The translations under genes were made by a program, and so were the position numbers. Below the pieces are notes generated by a model. It had not been told where the DNA came from. It was given only the letters and a program-made list of their open reading frames with translations, and made no database searches. This document shows, piece by piece, positions 20,988-29,777 of a stretch of 64,000 nucleotides of DNA. Location of the stretch: the NCBI GenBank assembly GCA_948560265.1, contig CAOXTD010000005.1, positions 3,846-67,845 on the forward strand, given 5' to 3'. Position 1 is the stretch's first letter, and the number at the start of each line of letters is the position of its first letter. Source of the stretch: an uncultured Clostridia bacterium. Its GTDB lineage: Bacteria; Bacillota; Clostridia; TANB77; CAG-508.

Positions 20988-21707
20988 ATGCAAAAAATTA
21001 TAAATTATGGCTTGATTATATTATCATTATTTATTGGAATTGTTTTTTATTTTTCTTTTGATGTTGAAGAAATATTATGGAATAAGTATGAACAAGAAAG
21101 TATTAGTAGCGAGCAAATAAAAAGTGATTCTACTAAAGATTACACAGGGTTAAAAGCAGGAGAAGGTATTACTACAATTACCAATTTGGCAGATTGGGAT
21201 AAAGTTTTAAATGATATAGACTATGTAAAAGTTATACCTAAAAGTATTGAAAAAACAAATGTATATAGTTTATCAAAATGGAGTGAACATTATACGAAAA
21301 AGTCGAATGGAACATCTTGGAGAAAACTTGCAGAGGTAAAAGAAACATCATTTGATATTTCTGCAAATTATACACCATATTATATGATTGAGTTAGAAGA
21401 TGGAAATTCTATACTTGCACAAATGAATAGAGCGATTGCAAAAAAGATAGAAAGAGGAGAAAAGATTGAACTTCCACTAGGGAAAAAAATTGGATTTTCA
21501 AAAGAAGCAAAAAATCTTTTAAGAACTATTTGTGATGAAAAAAATGTTTCTACTGATTATGTTCTATATACAATAGATAATAATTGGCAAGCAGAAAATG
21601 TTGATACAATATTTTATATAAAACTTGTCAGTGCTTTTGTTTTATTCATAGTGTTAGCAGTGATTTTACAGCTTGTCTATGATAAATTCTTTTGTAAACA
21701 TTGTTGA
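20988..21707 (+). CDS. Hypothetical protein with N- and C-terminal TM helices
   Basis: ORF with an AGGAGAG RBS and TM helices at both ends. Family not recognised. Confidence 0.55.
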   Translation: MQKIINYGLIILSLFIGIVFYFSFDVEEILWNKYEQESISSEQIKSDSTKDYTGLKAGEGITTITNLADWDKVLNDIDYVKVIPKSIEKTNVYSLSKWSEHYTKKSNGTSWRKLAEVKETSFDISANYTPYYMIELEDGNSILAQMNRAIAKKIERGEKIELPLGKKIGFSKEAKNLLRTICDEKNVSTDYVLYTIDNNWQAENVDTIFYIKLVSAFVLFIVLAVILQLVYDKFFCKHC

Positions 21708-21765
21708 AAATAATGTTACAAAGTAGTATATTGTTAAATAGTTAAATTAAGGGAGGAATAGTAAT

Positions 21766-22296
21766 ATGGGATTATTTTCTAAAAAGCCAAAAGTGGTAGA
21801 ATATGATGCAAATGATTGTGAAATAAAGAAAAAAAGGATGAGAGAAATCTTTAATGAAACAGTTAATGATGGAGATACTTATGAGATTTTGTATGCTTTT
21901 ATGACAACTTCAAAATATGAGCAAGGCTTTGTGTTTGATACAAACACAACTACATTTTTCTTTTATATAGTTGGATATAGAAAAAGTGATTTTAATTTAG
22001 TTTTAGTACAAATAGATTCTCAATTAAAAGAACATTCTGATGCAATTTATATTGATATGAATAATGTTAGCAATGTATCGTATGATCCAAAGATACAGCT
22101 ATTATGTTTTCAATATAAAAAGGGAACAGCTGATTATGGAGAATTACTAAAAATAGGAGGAACAAGTGCTAAAACATTATATGGACCTAAAAATATTTAT
22201 CAACCAGAGGAAATAGAAAAAGTGCTTGATTTTGCAGAGGCTTTTCGTGCTACTTTGGAAGAAAAAGGCTACAAATTAGATAAATGGAAAAGATAA
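21766..22296 (+). CDS. Hypothetical cytoplasmic protein
   Basis: ORF with a GGGAGG RBS. Family not recognised. Confidence 0.55.
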   Translation: MGLFSKKPKVVEYDANDCEIKKKRMREIFNETVNDGDTYEILYAFMTTSKYEQGFVFDTNTTTFFFYIVGYRKSDFNLVLVQIDSQLKEHSDAIYIDMNNVSNVSYDPKIQLLCFQYKKGTADYGELLKIGGTSAKTLYGPKNIYQPEEIEKVLDFAEAFRATLEEKGYKLDKWKR

Positions 22297-22321
22297 AGGA
22301 AAGTAAAATTCCAAGTTCACA

Positions 22322-22402
22322 AGCAGATGATTTATTGAAAATCGTCTGCTTTTATGCTATTATTTAGAAAACAAAATAGGAAGTTGTAGAGGAGGAAGAT
22401 AA
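22322..22402 (+). repeat. Cassette junction module, copy 4: terminator hairpin, then ttatgctattattt, then leader aaaataggaagttgtagaggagg
   Basis: Hairpin agcagatgat/atcgtctgct followed by a T-run. The leader is nearly identical to those at 9091..9110 and 20390..20410. Confidence 0.5.
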
Positions 22403-22573
22403 ATGAATTGGTTTAAACCAACAAATCCGAAGCATTATAATCATAAACAAGCTTTTCAAGAATTGAAAATTATAACTTGGAAAAGTTCTACTAAAAAAAT
22501 AGAAGTAGGAGATATCATATATATATATTCATCACATATAGAGAAAAGATTAACACATAGAAGAACTAGATAA
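22403..22573 (+). pseudogene. Probable remnant of a larger gene (N-terminal 56 codons, then a frame switch and a short C-terminal piece to about 22640)
   Basis: MNWFKPTNPKHYNHKQAFQELK...IIYIYSSHIEKRL stops early. A second frame continues HIEELDKEELNYEQLMKHGLKTTLKSFY*. Confidence 0.3.
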
Positions 22574-22756
22574 AGAAGAATTAAATTATGAACAATTAAT
22601 GAAACATGGATTAAAAACCACTTTAAAGAGTTTTTATTGATATTTCAATACTTACAAATAACTAGTAGCTAATTTTTATGTTTAGTGCTATACTAACTTA
22701 AACGACTACTGCGACAGCAGTTTAGTGCAATTATAATTTATAGAAAGGACAGAAAA

Positions 22757-23005
22757 ATGATTGATATTAAATTTATAGAAAAAGAAAATAGAGCAGTGGC
22801 TTATGATAATGAAATTGAAATTGGTGAATGTGAATTTGAAGAATTAGAGAATACATGGAACATAATTCATACTGCAGTAGATCGAAAATATCAAGGACAA
22901 GGAATTGCAAAAGTATTAGTGCAATGTGTTATTGAAAATTCAAAAAAATGCAATAAGAATCTTATTGCAGAATGTTCTTATGCAAAAAGGATATTAGAAA
23001 ATTGA
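22757..23005 (+). CDS. Small GNAT-like N-acetyltransferase (82 aa)
   Basis: Acetyl-CoA loop-like sequence VDRKYQGQGIAKVLV. The short single-domain form fits the small GNAT proteins. Confidence 0.7.
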   Translation: MIDIKFIEKENRAVAYDNEIEIGECEFEELENTWNIIHTAVDRKYQGQGIAKVLVQCVIENSKKCNKNLIAECSYAKRILEN

Positions 23006-23044
23006 TTTGTGTGCAGATAGCATATATGAAAAAGGGGGATACTT

Positions 23045-23431
23045 ATGAAAAAAAGCATGAAATGGATAGTTAGGATTATATTAGGAATAGTAGTTTTATG
23101 GGTAGTTATTTTTAGCATTGACTTTTTAAGATGTTTAAGTATGAGAAAGCCATTATTTATTTTGAGTTGCTTATCTCCAGACATAGCAACTACAGATGGA
23201 AGTAGGAGTTTTTCTTGTACTTGCTTAGGATATAATGTAAATTATAGTACAATTCCAACTACAAATGGGGTAAAACAAGTCACTTGGATAGAATTTATTA
23301 TGTTCGGAAAACGCATGATATCTAAAAGCTTATACGAACGAGAAAATGAAGGAAAGATAGAAAATAATATAAGAACAGAACCTTATGAAAATATAGAAGG
23401 AATATCAGTAACAACTAATATAGAAAATTAA
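23045..23431 (+). CDS. Hypothetical membrane-anchored protein
   Basis: ORF with an N-terminal TM helix and a GGGGGA RBS. Confidence 0.45.
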   Translation: MKKSMKWIVRIILGIVVLWVVIFSIDFLRCLSMRKPLFILSCLSPDIATTDGSRSFSCTCLGYNVNYSTIPTTNGVKQVTWIEFIMFGKRMISKSLYERENEGKIENNIRTEPYENIEGISVTTNIEN

Positions 23432-23697
23432 AGGGAGGTCACACTATATTTTATTTGGTGGAATATATAATAGTAGACTACTTGTTAAAATGGTAGAAAG
23501 TAATCAAAAGTACAATATGAAAGAAGAGATACCATATAAAGGGGCTAAACCAATGTATATGATAGAAGATATGGACAATCGTGAACTGATAAAAGATATT
23601 GTAATCGATACTTGCAAAGACTTACCAATCAAAAAGAAAAAATAAATATGACGTATAGATGTCATATTTATATGATATAATCATCTAGGGTGAGAAA

Positions 23698-24585
23698 ATG
23701 CAAATTAATCGATTATTTGAGATTGTATATTTATTATTAGAAAAGGATACTATTACTGCAAAAGAGTTAGCACAACAGTTTGGAGTATCTGTTAGAACTA
23801 TATATAGAGATATTGATATCTTAAGCACAGCAGATATTCCAGTATATACTAACAAGGGAAAAGGCGGAGGAATTAGCTTATTAGAGAACTTTGTACTAGA
23901 TAAATCGATTTTATCAGAAGAAGAGCAAAACCAGATTATATTTGCTTTGCAAAGTTTAGAGAAGCTAGACAAAAATAGCGAGGAAAAAGCTTTAGAGAAA
24001 ATGAGCAGACTATTTCATAAACAAGCTAAGAATTGGATAGAAATAGATTTTTCTAATTGGTCAAATGAGAATAATAAATTTGAAATGATGAAACAGGCTA
24101 TCTTAAAAAAGCAGGTCATGGAATTTACCTACTTTAATTCTTATGGAGAAGAAACCAAAAGGCAAGTTGAACCATTACAAATATGGTTTAAAGATAAAGC
24201 CTGGTATATAAAAGCCTATTGTAGAGTAAAACAAGACTATAGAGTGTTTAAAATAGCAAGAATGAGAGAGATAAAAGTATTAGAAGAAACGTTTGAAAGA
24301 GAACTACCACAAGAGCAAGAAAAAAAGCCTTATGAGATAAAATTCATATCCTTAGAGTTAGAAATATCCAAGGAGAAAGCATATAGGGTGTATGATGAAT
24401 TTGAAAAAGAAAACATAGAGAAGAAGGAAGATGGTAATTTTATTGTCCATATAGATTATCCTGAAAATAACTGGGTATATGAATATATTTTATCTTTTGG
24501 AGAACATATTAAAGTAATAGCGCCAGAATATGCAAAAAATATTATAAAAGATAAAATACAAAAAATGATAAAAAGTTATTCATAA
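23698..24585 (+). CDS. YafY family (HTH + WYL domain) transcriptional regulator
   Basis: N-terminal HTH ITAKELAQQFGVSVRTIYRDIDIL and a central WYL-like region (AWYIKAYCRVKQDYRVFKIARM). Confidence 0.85.
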   Translation: MQINRLFEIVYLLLEKDTITAKELAQQFGVSVRTIYRDIDILSTADIPVYTNKGKGGGISLLENFVLDKSILSEEEQNQIIFALQSLEKLDKNSEEKALEKMSRLFHKQAKNWIEIDFSNWSNENNKFEMMKQAILKKQVMEFTYFNSYGEETKRQVEPLQIWFKDKAWYIKAYCRVKQDYRVFKIARMREIKVLEETFERELPQEQEKKPYEIKFISLELEISKEKAYRVYDEFEKENIEKKEDGNFIVHIDYPENNWVYEYILSFGEHIKVIAPEYAKNIIKDKIQKMIKSYS

Positions 24586-24642
24586 TATGACATACTGTTG
24601 TCAATTATATTTCTATATAATGGATAACAGGAGGTAAGAATT

Positions 24643-25107
24643 ATGAAATATGAAATTGTAGAATTAGAAGAAAAAATAGTGGAAGGAATAGAAGTAAAGA
24701 CAACAAACGAAAATGGGAAATCCATACAAGACATAGCGAACATGTGGCAAACATTTTTTATGAAGGGAATCTATGACAATATTGAAAATAAAGTTAATGT
24801 CAAAACGATTGGTCTATATACGGATTATGAAAAAGACTACACAAAGCCATACAACTTTGTAGTTTGCACAGAAGTGAGTGAAAACTCTAAGAATGTGGGA
24901 AATAGAGTGGTAAAAGTAATTCCAAAAGGAAAATATGCAAAATTTGTAATTCATGGTGATGTTCAAAATGCAGTAGGACAGGCTTGGCAAGAAATATGGA
25001 AGATGGACTTAAACAGAAAATATACTTGTGATTTTGAAGAATATCAAAACAATTCAAAGGATATGCAAAATCAAGAAATCCATATTTATATTGCTATAGA
25101 AGATTAG
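24643..25107 (+). CDS. GyrI-like / AraC effector-binding domain protein
   Basis: About 154 aa. Its pattern (IVEGIEVKTTNENGKS...IPKGKYAKFVIHG...EEY) is typical of GyrI-like small-molecule binders. Confidence 0.75.
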   Translation: MKYEIVELEEKIVEGIEVKTTNENGKSIQDIANMWQTFFMKGIYDNIENKVNVKTIGLYTDYEKDYTKPYNFVVCTEVSENSKNVGNRVVKVIPKGKYAKFVIHGDVQNAVGQAWQEIWKMDLNRKYTCDFEEYQNNSKDMQNQEIHIYIAIED

Positions 25108-25119
25108 AAAGAAGGGCAT

Positions 25120-25779
25120 ATGGAAAAGTTAGATTATAAAAAAGAATATAAAGATTTATATTTGCCAAAAGCAAAACCAATGCTAATAAAAGTACCAAAT
25201 ATGAAATTTATTATGGTAAAAGGCAAAGGAAATCCTAATTGTGGAACAGGAGAATATCAAGAGGCTCTTTCCTTATTATATGCTTTGTCATTTACAATAA
25301 AAATGAGTAAACTAGGCAAACATTCCATAGAAGGATATTTTGAATATGTTGTTCCACCACTAGAAGGTTTTTGGTGGAATGAAGGAGATAAAGCTGTAAA
25401 CTATAGCGACAAAGAAAAGTTTGAATGGATATCCATGATAAGACAGCCAGAATTTGTGACACAAGAAGTATTTGACTGGGCTTGTAAGGAAGTAAAAAAC
25501 AAAAAAGGATTAGAGGTAAGCAAAGCAGAATTTATGGAACTAGAAGAAGGATTATGTGTTCAAATGCTACATAAAGGTTCTTATGATGATGAGCCTGAAA
25601 CAATAGTAGCAATAGAAGAATACATCCAAGAGAACCAATTAAAAAACGACATTGGGAGTAAATTAGAAAATGGAGTTATAAGAAGACATCACGAAATATA
25701 CCTATCAGATCCTAGAAAGGCAAAGGCAGAAAATTTAAAAACAGTTATTAGAATACCAGTGGTAAGGGAGAAAAAATGA
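25120..25779 (+). CDS. GyrI-like domain-containing protein
   Basis: YKDLYLPKAKPMLIKVPNMKFIMVKGKG...LEGFWW...HEIYLSDPRK is characteristic of the GyrI-like family. Confidence 0.7.
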   Translation: MEKLDYKKEYKDLYLPKAKPMLIKVPNMKFIMVKGKGNPNCGTGEYQEALSLLYALSFTIKMSKLGKHSIEGYFEYVVPPLEGFWWNEGDKAVNYSDKEKFEWISMIRQPEFVTQEVFDWACKEVKNKKGLEVSKAEFMELEEGLCVQMLHKGSYDDEPETIVAIEEYIQENQLKNDIGSKLENGVIRRHHEIYLSDPRKAKAENLKTVIRIPVVREKK

Positions 25780-26516
25780 ACGAATATATTAATTTAGATA
25801 TAGAAAACATTGAGAAAGAACATATCTGTTGTGCAATAGGAGACAAAAAACATCAAATGGGTGTGAATACGAAAAAGGAATGGCTAAAAGAGAGAATAAA
25901 AGAAGGACATATTTTTAGAAAACTAAATGCAAAAGGTAAAGTTTTTATAGAATATGCACCTCTGGAAAAGGCATGGGTGCCAATTGAGGGCGAAAACTAT
26001 ATATATATTTATTGTCTATGGGTAGCAGGTTCATTTAAAGGAAATGGTTATGGAAAAGAGTTATTAGAATATGCTATACAAGATAGTAAGGCTAAAGGAA
26101 AAATCGGAATTTGTACAATAACTTCTAAAAAGAAAAAGCCATTTTTATCAGAAAAGAAGTTTTTTGAAAAGTATGGCTTTAAGGTAGTAGATAGTATTGG
26201 AGAATATGAATTACTAGCATTATCTTTCCAAGAAGAACAACCTAAATTTACAGAAACAGCAAGAAAAATGAAAAGTGAAACAACAGATTTCACCATTTAT
26301 TATAGCCCAGAGTGTCCATATACTTTAAATAGTATTAAAGAAATAGAGGAATATACCAAAGCTCAAAATATACCAGTTAAGATTATCCGAGTAGACACTT
26401 TAGAGAAAGCAAAAAGTGTTCCATGTGTTTTTAATAATTGGGCTAATTTTAAAGATGGACAGTTTGTATCCAATACCTTGTTAAATAAGAATAGTTTTGA
26501 AAAGTTAATAAAGTAA
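25776..26516 (+). CDS. GNAT N-acetyltransferase with a YoaP-like C-terminal domain
   Basis: GNAT core FKGNGYGKELLEYAI, with a C-terminal thioredoxin-like YYSPECPY segment. Its start overlaps the upstream stop (ATGA). Confidence 0.75.
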   Translation: MNEYINLDIENIEKEHICCAIGDKKHQMGVNTKKEWLKERIKEGHIFRKLNAKGKVFIEYAPLEKAWVPIEGENYIYIYCLWVAGSFKGNGYGKELLEYAIQDSKAKGKIGICTITSKKKKPFLSEKKFFEKYGFKVVDSIGEYELLALSFQEEQPKFTETARKMKSETTDFTIYYSPECPYTLNSIKEIEEYTKAQNIPVKIIRVDTLEKAKSVPCVFNNWANFKDGQFVSNTLLNKNSFEKLIK

Positions 26517-26601
26517 AATTTAAAATTGATAATTATTTTTCTTTGTGCTATGATAGGCATAACATTTAGGAAGAATGATTATCTATTTTTTATGAGGACC
26601 A

Positions 26602-26693
26602 TTTTATTGTGTTGTACAAAATGTGGTTATACGGAAATTTATAAAACTGCAACAGAGGCTGGAATGAATGTGCTAGACTTTTTAATGAATTAA
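26602..26693 (+). pseudogene. Fragment (3' end only) of a paralog of the zinc-ribbon gene 28779..28982
   Basis: About 80% identical at the nucleotide level to 28888..28982 (..aaatgtggWtatacRgaaatttataaaac...ggaatgaatgt..ttaatgaRttaa). It has no start codon. Confidence 0.7.
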
Positions 26694-26738
26694 AATAGTA
26701 TAAGAGTAGTGGAAAGAACAAATAATAAGGGAAAGGAG

Positions 26739-27525
26739 ATGAGAGAAATACAACTAATAACAGGATTAATGATACCATTTCTAGGAACGATGCTTCGGGG
26801 CAGCAATGGTATTTTTAATGAGAAACAAATTGAATAAAAAAGTAGAAAAAATTTTATTAGGTTTTGCTTCAGGAGTAATGATAGCATCGTCTATATGGTC
26901 TCTAATCATTCCATCTATAGAAATGGCAGAAGAACAAGGAAAAATAGCTTGGATTCCAGCAGCAATTGGTTTTCTATTGGGAGTAGTATTCTTATTAGTT
27001 CTAGATAGCTTAATTCCACATATGCACTTGGAAAGTAATAAGCCAGAAGGTGTGCAAACGAAATTAAAGAAAACAACAATGATGGTGTTAGCAGTAACAC
27101 TGCATAATATACCAGAAGGAATGGCAGTAGGTGTTACATTTGCAGGAGCTTTAATGGAAAATACAGGAATAACAATGGCAGGAGCTTTAGCTTTAGCAAT
27201 TGGAATTGCCATTCAAAACTTTCCAGAAGGAGCAATTATCTCAATGCCTTTAAAAAGTGAAGGTGTGTCAAAACCAAAAGCTTTTTTATATGGAGCTTTA
27301 TCTGGAATTGTAGAGCCAATCAGTGCTCTTACTACAATCTTACTTACAAAGGCTATTGTACCAATACTTCCGTATTTGTTATCTTTTGCAGCAGGAGCAA
27401 TGATATATGTAGTAGTAGAAGAATTAATACCAGAATCACAAGCAGGTGAACATTCTAATATTGGAACAATAGGAGTAGCAATAGGATTTGTAATTATGAT
27501 GATTTTAGATGTGACACTTGGATAA
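26739..27525 (+). pseudogene. ZIP family metal (zinc) transporter. The frame is broken by one extra C at 26796 (in-frame CGG). It may be recoded.
   Basis: ATG 26739 follows AAGGAG. The site reads acg atg ctt C ggg gca gca atg gta. Skipping the C gives MREIQLITGLMIPFLGTMLGAAMVFLMRNKL..., continuous with ORF 26806..27525 (HNIPEGMAVG, QNFPEGA). Confidence 0.85.
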
Positions 27526-27528
27526 AAA

Positions 27529-27590
27529 ATGATTGATATTAAATTTATAAAAAAAAGAAAATAGGGTAGTGGCCTATAATAATAAAAAAA
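27529..27590 (+). pseudogene. Fragment (5' end only) of a paralog of GNAT gene 22757..23005
   Basis: atgattgatattaaatttata.aaaa.gaaaatag.g.agtggc.tat.ataat matches 22757..22815 and has an early in-frame TAG. Confidence 0.65.
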
Positions 27591-27611
27591 TAGAAAAGGA
27601 AGGTGAGAAAA

Positions 27612-27962
27612 ATGACATATCAAATAGTAGAAGATATTGCTATAGTAAATAGTGAAGAAATTGTGATAAAAGATGTTCAATCAGCAATAGACTTTATGAT
27701 GACAGTAAAATATGAAACAAACTGTGAGAAAATAGCATTAAACAAAGAAGCAATTGTGGAAGATTTTTTTATACTAAGCAAAGGAATTGCAGGAGAAATA
27801 TTGCAAAAGTTTATTAATTATCAAGTGAAGTTTGCCATATATGGAGATTTTTCAAAATATACAAGTAAGCCATTAAAAGATTTTATGTATGAAAGCAATC
27901 ATGGAAAAGACATATTTTTTGTAGAGAATGAAGAACAAGCAATCGAAAAGCTAAAAGGTTAA
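27612..27962 (+). CDS. DUF4180-like small protein
   Basis: ATG 27612 follows GGAAGGTGAG. MTYQIVEDIAIVNSEEIVIKDVQSAIDFMMTV and a C-terminal F.ENEEQAIEKL resemble the DUF4180 family. This call rests on my recall of the family. Confidence 0.55.
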   Translation: MTYQIVEDIAIVNSEEIVIKDVQSAIDFMMTVKYETNCEKIALNKEAIVEDFFILSKGIAGEILQKFINYQVKFAIYGDFSKYTSKPLKDFMYESNHGKDIFFVENEEQAIEKLKG

Positions 27963-27976
27963 AGGAGGACTAAATA

Positions 27977-28765
27977 ATGGGCAAGTTTTCCAATAAAATG
28001 AAAAAGAAGTATCAAGAAACAAGTAAAAAGTCAATTGCAGTGTATTTGATATTAAGAATTCTAGTAGTTGCTAGTATGATATTCCAAGTAATATTAGGTA
28101 ATTTTCAAAATGCAATCATGTGTATTGTAGCATTAATCTTATTTACAATACCAACGATTGTATCAGAAAAATTAAAAATAGGGATACCAAGCTTATTAGA
28201 AGCGATTATCTATCTTTTTATCTTTTCAACTACCATTTTAGGAGAAATTAACAACTTCTATGGATTAATTCCTTTTTGGGACACGATATTACATACCTTA
28301 AATGGATTTATATGTGCAGGAATAGGATTTTCTTTGGTAGACCTCTTAAATCAAAATAGTAAGAAAATCCATTTATCACCAATGTATGTAGTTTTGGTAG
28401 CTTTTTGCTTTTCTATGACAGTAGGGGTATTATGGGAATTTTGTGAGTTTACAGCAGATAGTTTATTAAAAACAGATATGCAAAAAGATAGGATTGTACA
28501 AAGCATTTCAACAGTAAAACTAAATCCAAATGGTGAAAATCACCCAGTGAAAATAAAAGATATTGAAAAAACGCAAATTTATTCAAAGGATGGAAATATT
28601 ACCACAATAGAAAATGGCTATTTAGATATTGGAATTGGTGATACAATGAAAGATTTATTTGTGAATTTTATAGGAGCAATTGTTTTTTGTACGATAGGAT
28701 TTTTATATATTAAAAATAGAGAGAAGTATCAGTTTGCTAGGAACTTTGTTCCAGTGAAAGAATAA
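27977..28765 (+). CDS. Hypothetical multi-TM membrane protein
   Basis: Five or six TM helices and a good RBS (AGGAGG). Confidence 0.55.
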   Translation: MGKFSNKMKKKYQETSKKSIAVYLILRILVVASMIFQVILGNFQNAIMCIVALILFTIPTIVSEKLKIGIPSLLEAIIYLFIFSTTILGEINNFYGLIPFWDTILHTLNGFICAGIGFSLVDLLNQNSKKIHLSPMYVVLVAFCFSMTVGVLWEFCEFTADSLLKTDMQKDRIVQSISTVKLNPNGENHPVKIKDIEKTQIYSKDGNITTIENGYLDIGIGDTMKDLFVNFIGAIVFCTIGFLYIKNREKYQFARNFVPVKE

Positions 28766-28778
28766 GGAGGAATTTATT

Positions 28779-28982
28779 ATGGCAGAATGGAAATGTGTAA
28801 AATGTGGAAACACTGCATTTGAGAAAGATCAATTTCAAGCAACAGGAGGAAATTTTGCAAAATTATTTGATGTGCAAAATAAGAAGTTTATTACTGTTAG
28901 TTGCACTAAATGTGGATATACAGAAATTTATAAAACAACGACAGATGCAGGAATGAATGTATTAGATTTTTTAATGAGTTAA
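28779..28982 (+). CDS. Zinc-ribbon domain protein (two CxxC pairs)
   Basis: The motifs CVKCGN...CTKCGY are present. The protein is 67 aa and has a strong RBS AAGGAGG. Confidence 0.7.
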   Translation: MAEWKCVKCGNTAFEKDQFQATGGNFAKLFDVQNKKFITVSCTKCGYTEIYKTTTDAGMNVLDFLMS

Positions 28983-29061
28983 GAAAAAGGGCATAATTGC
29001 AAAATATAGTTGATAGAAAAAACTTTATAATAGTAGTACACTTAATTTGGAGGTGGATAAA

Positions 29062-29514
29062 ATGAATTTAGGAAATAATTTATTTCAAGCAAGAAAAAAA
29101 GCAGGTTTATCACAAGAAGATGTAGCCGAAAAATTAGGTGTGAGCAGACAAACTATTTCTAAATGGGAGACAGATGAGACAGTTCCAGATATTTACCAAT
29201 CAAAAAAATTAGCAAAGTTATATCATTTATCTTTAGACGAGTTAATAGAATTTGATGTTGACTTAAAAGAAATAGAAGGAGTAATTAAAAACACAAATGA
29301 AGAAAAAGAAGCTAAAATTGACTGGACAAATGCTTGGAGCAAAAAGTACCCAGTATTAGCAACTTATCAAAAAGAAGTGGATATAGAAAAATATGCTTTT
29401 CAAATGAGAGAGATGTTAGATAACTTAAAAAATCAATATCATTATAATAATCTAGACAGCATGCTAGTATTAAAGGATATTTTATATCATGAGTGGAAAG
29501 ATAAGAAATGTTAA
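29062..29514 (+). CDS. XRE family HTH transcriptional regulator
   Basis: AGLSQEDVAEKLGVSRQTISKWETDETVP. ATG 29062 follows GGAGGTGG. Confidence 0.8.
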   Translation: MNLGNNLFQARKKAGLSQEDVAEKLGVSRQTISKWETDETVPDIYQSKKLAKLYHLSLDELIEFDVDLKEIEGVIKNTNEEKEAKIDWTNAWSKKYPVLATYQKEVDIEKYAFQMREMLDNLKNQYHYNNLDSMLVLKDILYHEWKDKKC

Positions 29515-29529
29515 TTATCTAAAATAAGA

Positions 29530-29560
29530 ATAGTGTCTTTTTTTATGACACTATTTTTCT
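29530..29560 (+). terminator. Rho-independent terminator
   Basis: atagtgtc-ttttttta-gacactat followed by a T-run. Confidence 0.65.
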
Positions 29561-29777
29561 TATTTCATCATAAAATTTAATATAGAGTTAAAATCTAGGG
29601 ATAGATAAGAATTGCAGATAGGAGTATTTGCAATTCTTAAATGTTGTAAAAAATATAGAATATAATTTTGACAAAATTCTTCCAAAAAATTTGTCAAAAG
29701 TTGAAAAATTGGAAAAAATATGGTAAAATGAAAGTTAGGAGAAAAATTATAAATTAATAATAAGGAGAGATAAAAAA

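Noticed and set aside
26781-27680. Two sizeable minus-strand ORFs (26781..27212 and 27213..27680) antisense to the ZIP transporter.
   Set aside because: These are typical shadow ORFs of a membrane-protein gene in AT-rich DNA. The plus-strand frame carries ZIP motifs (HNIPEGMAVG, QNFPEGA).
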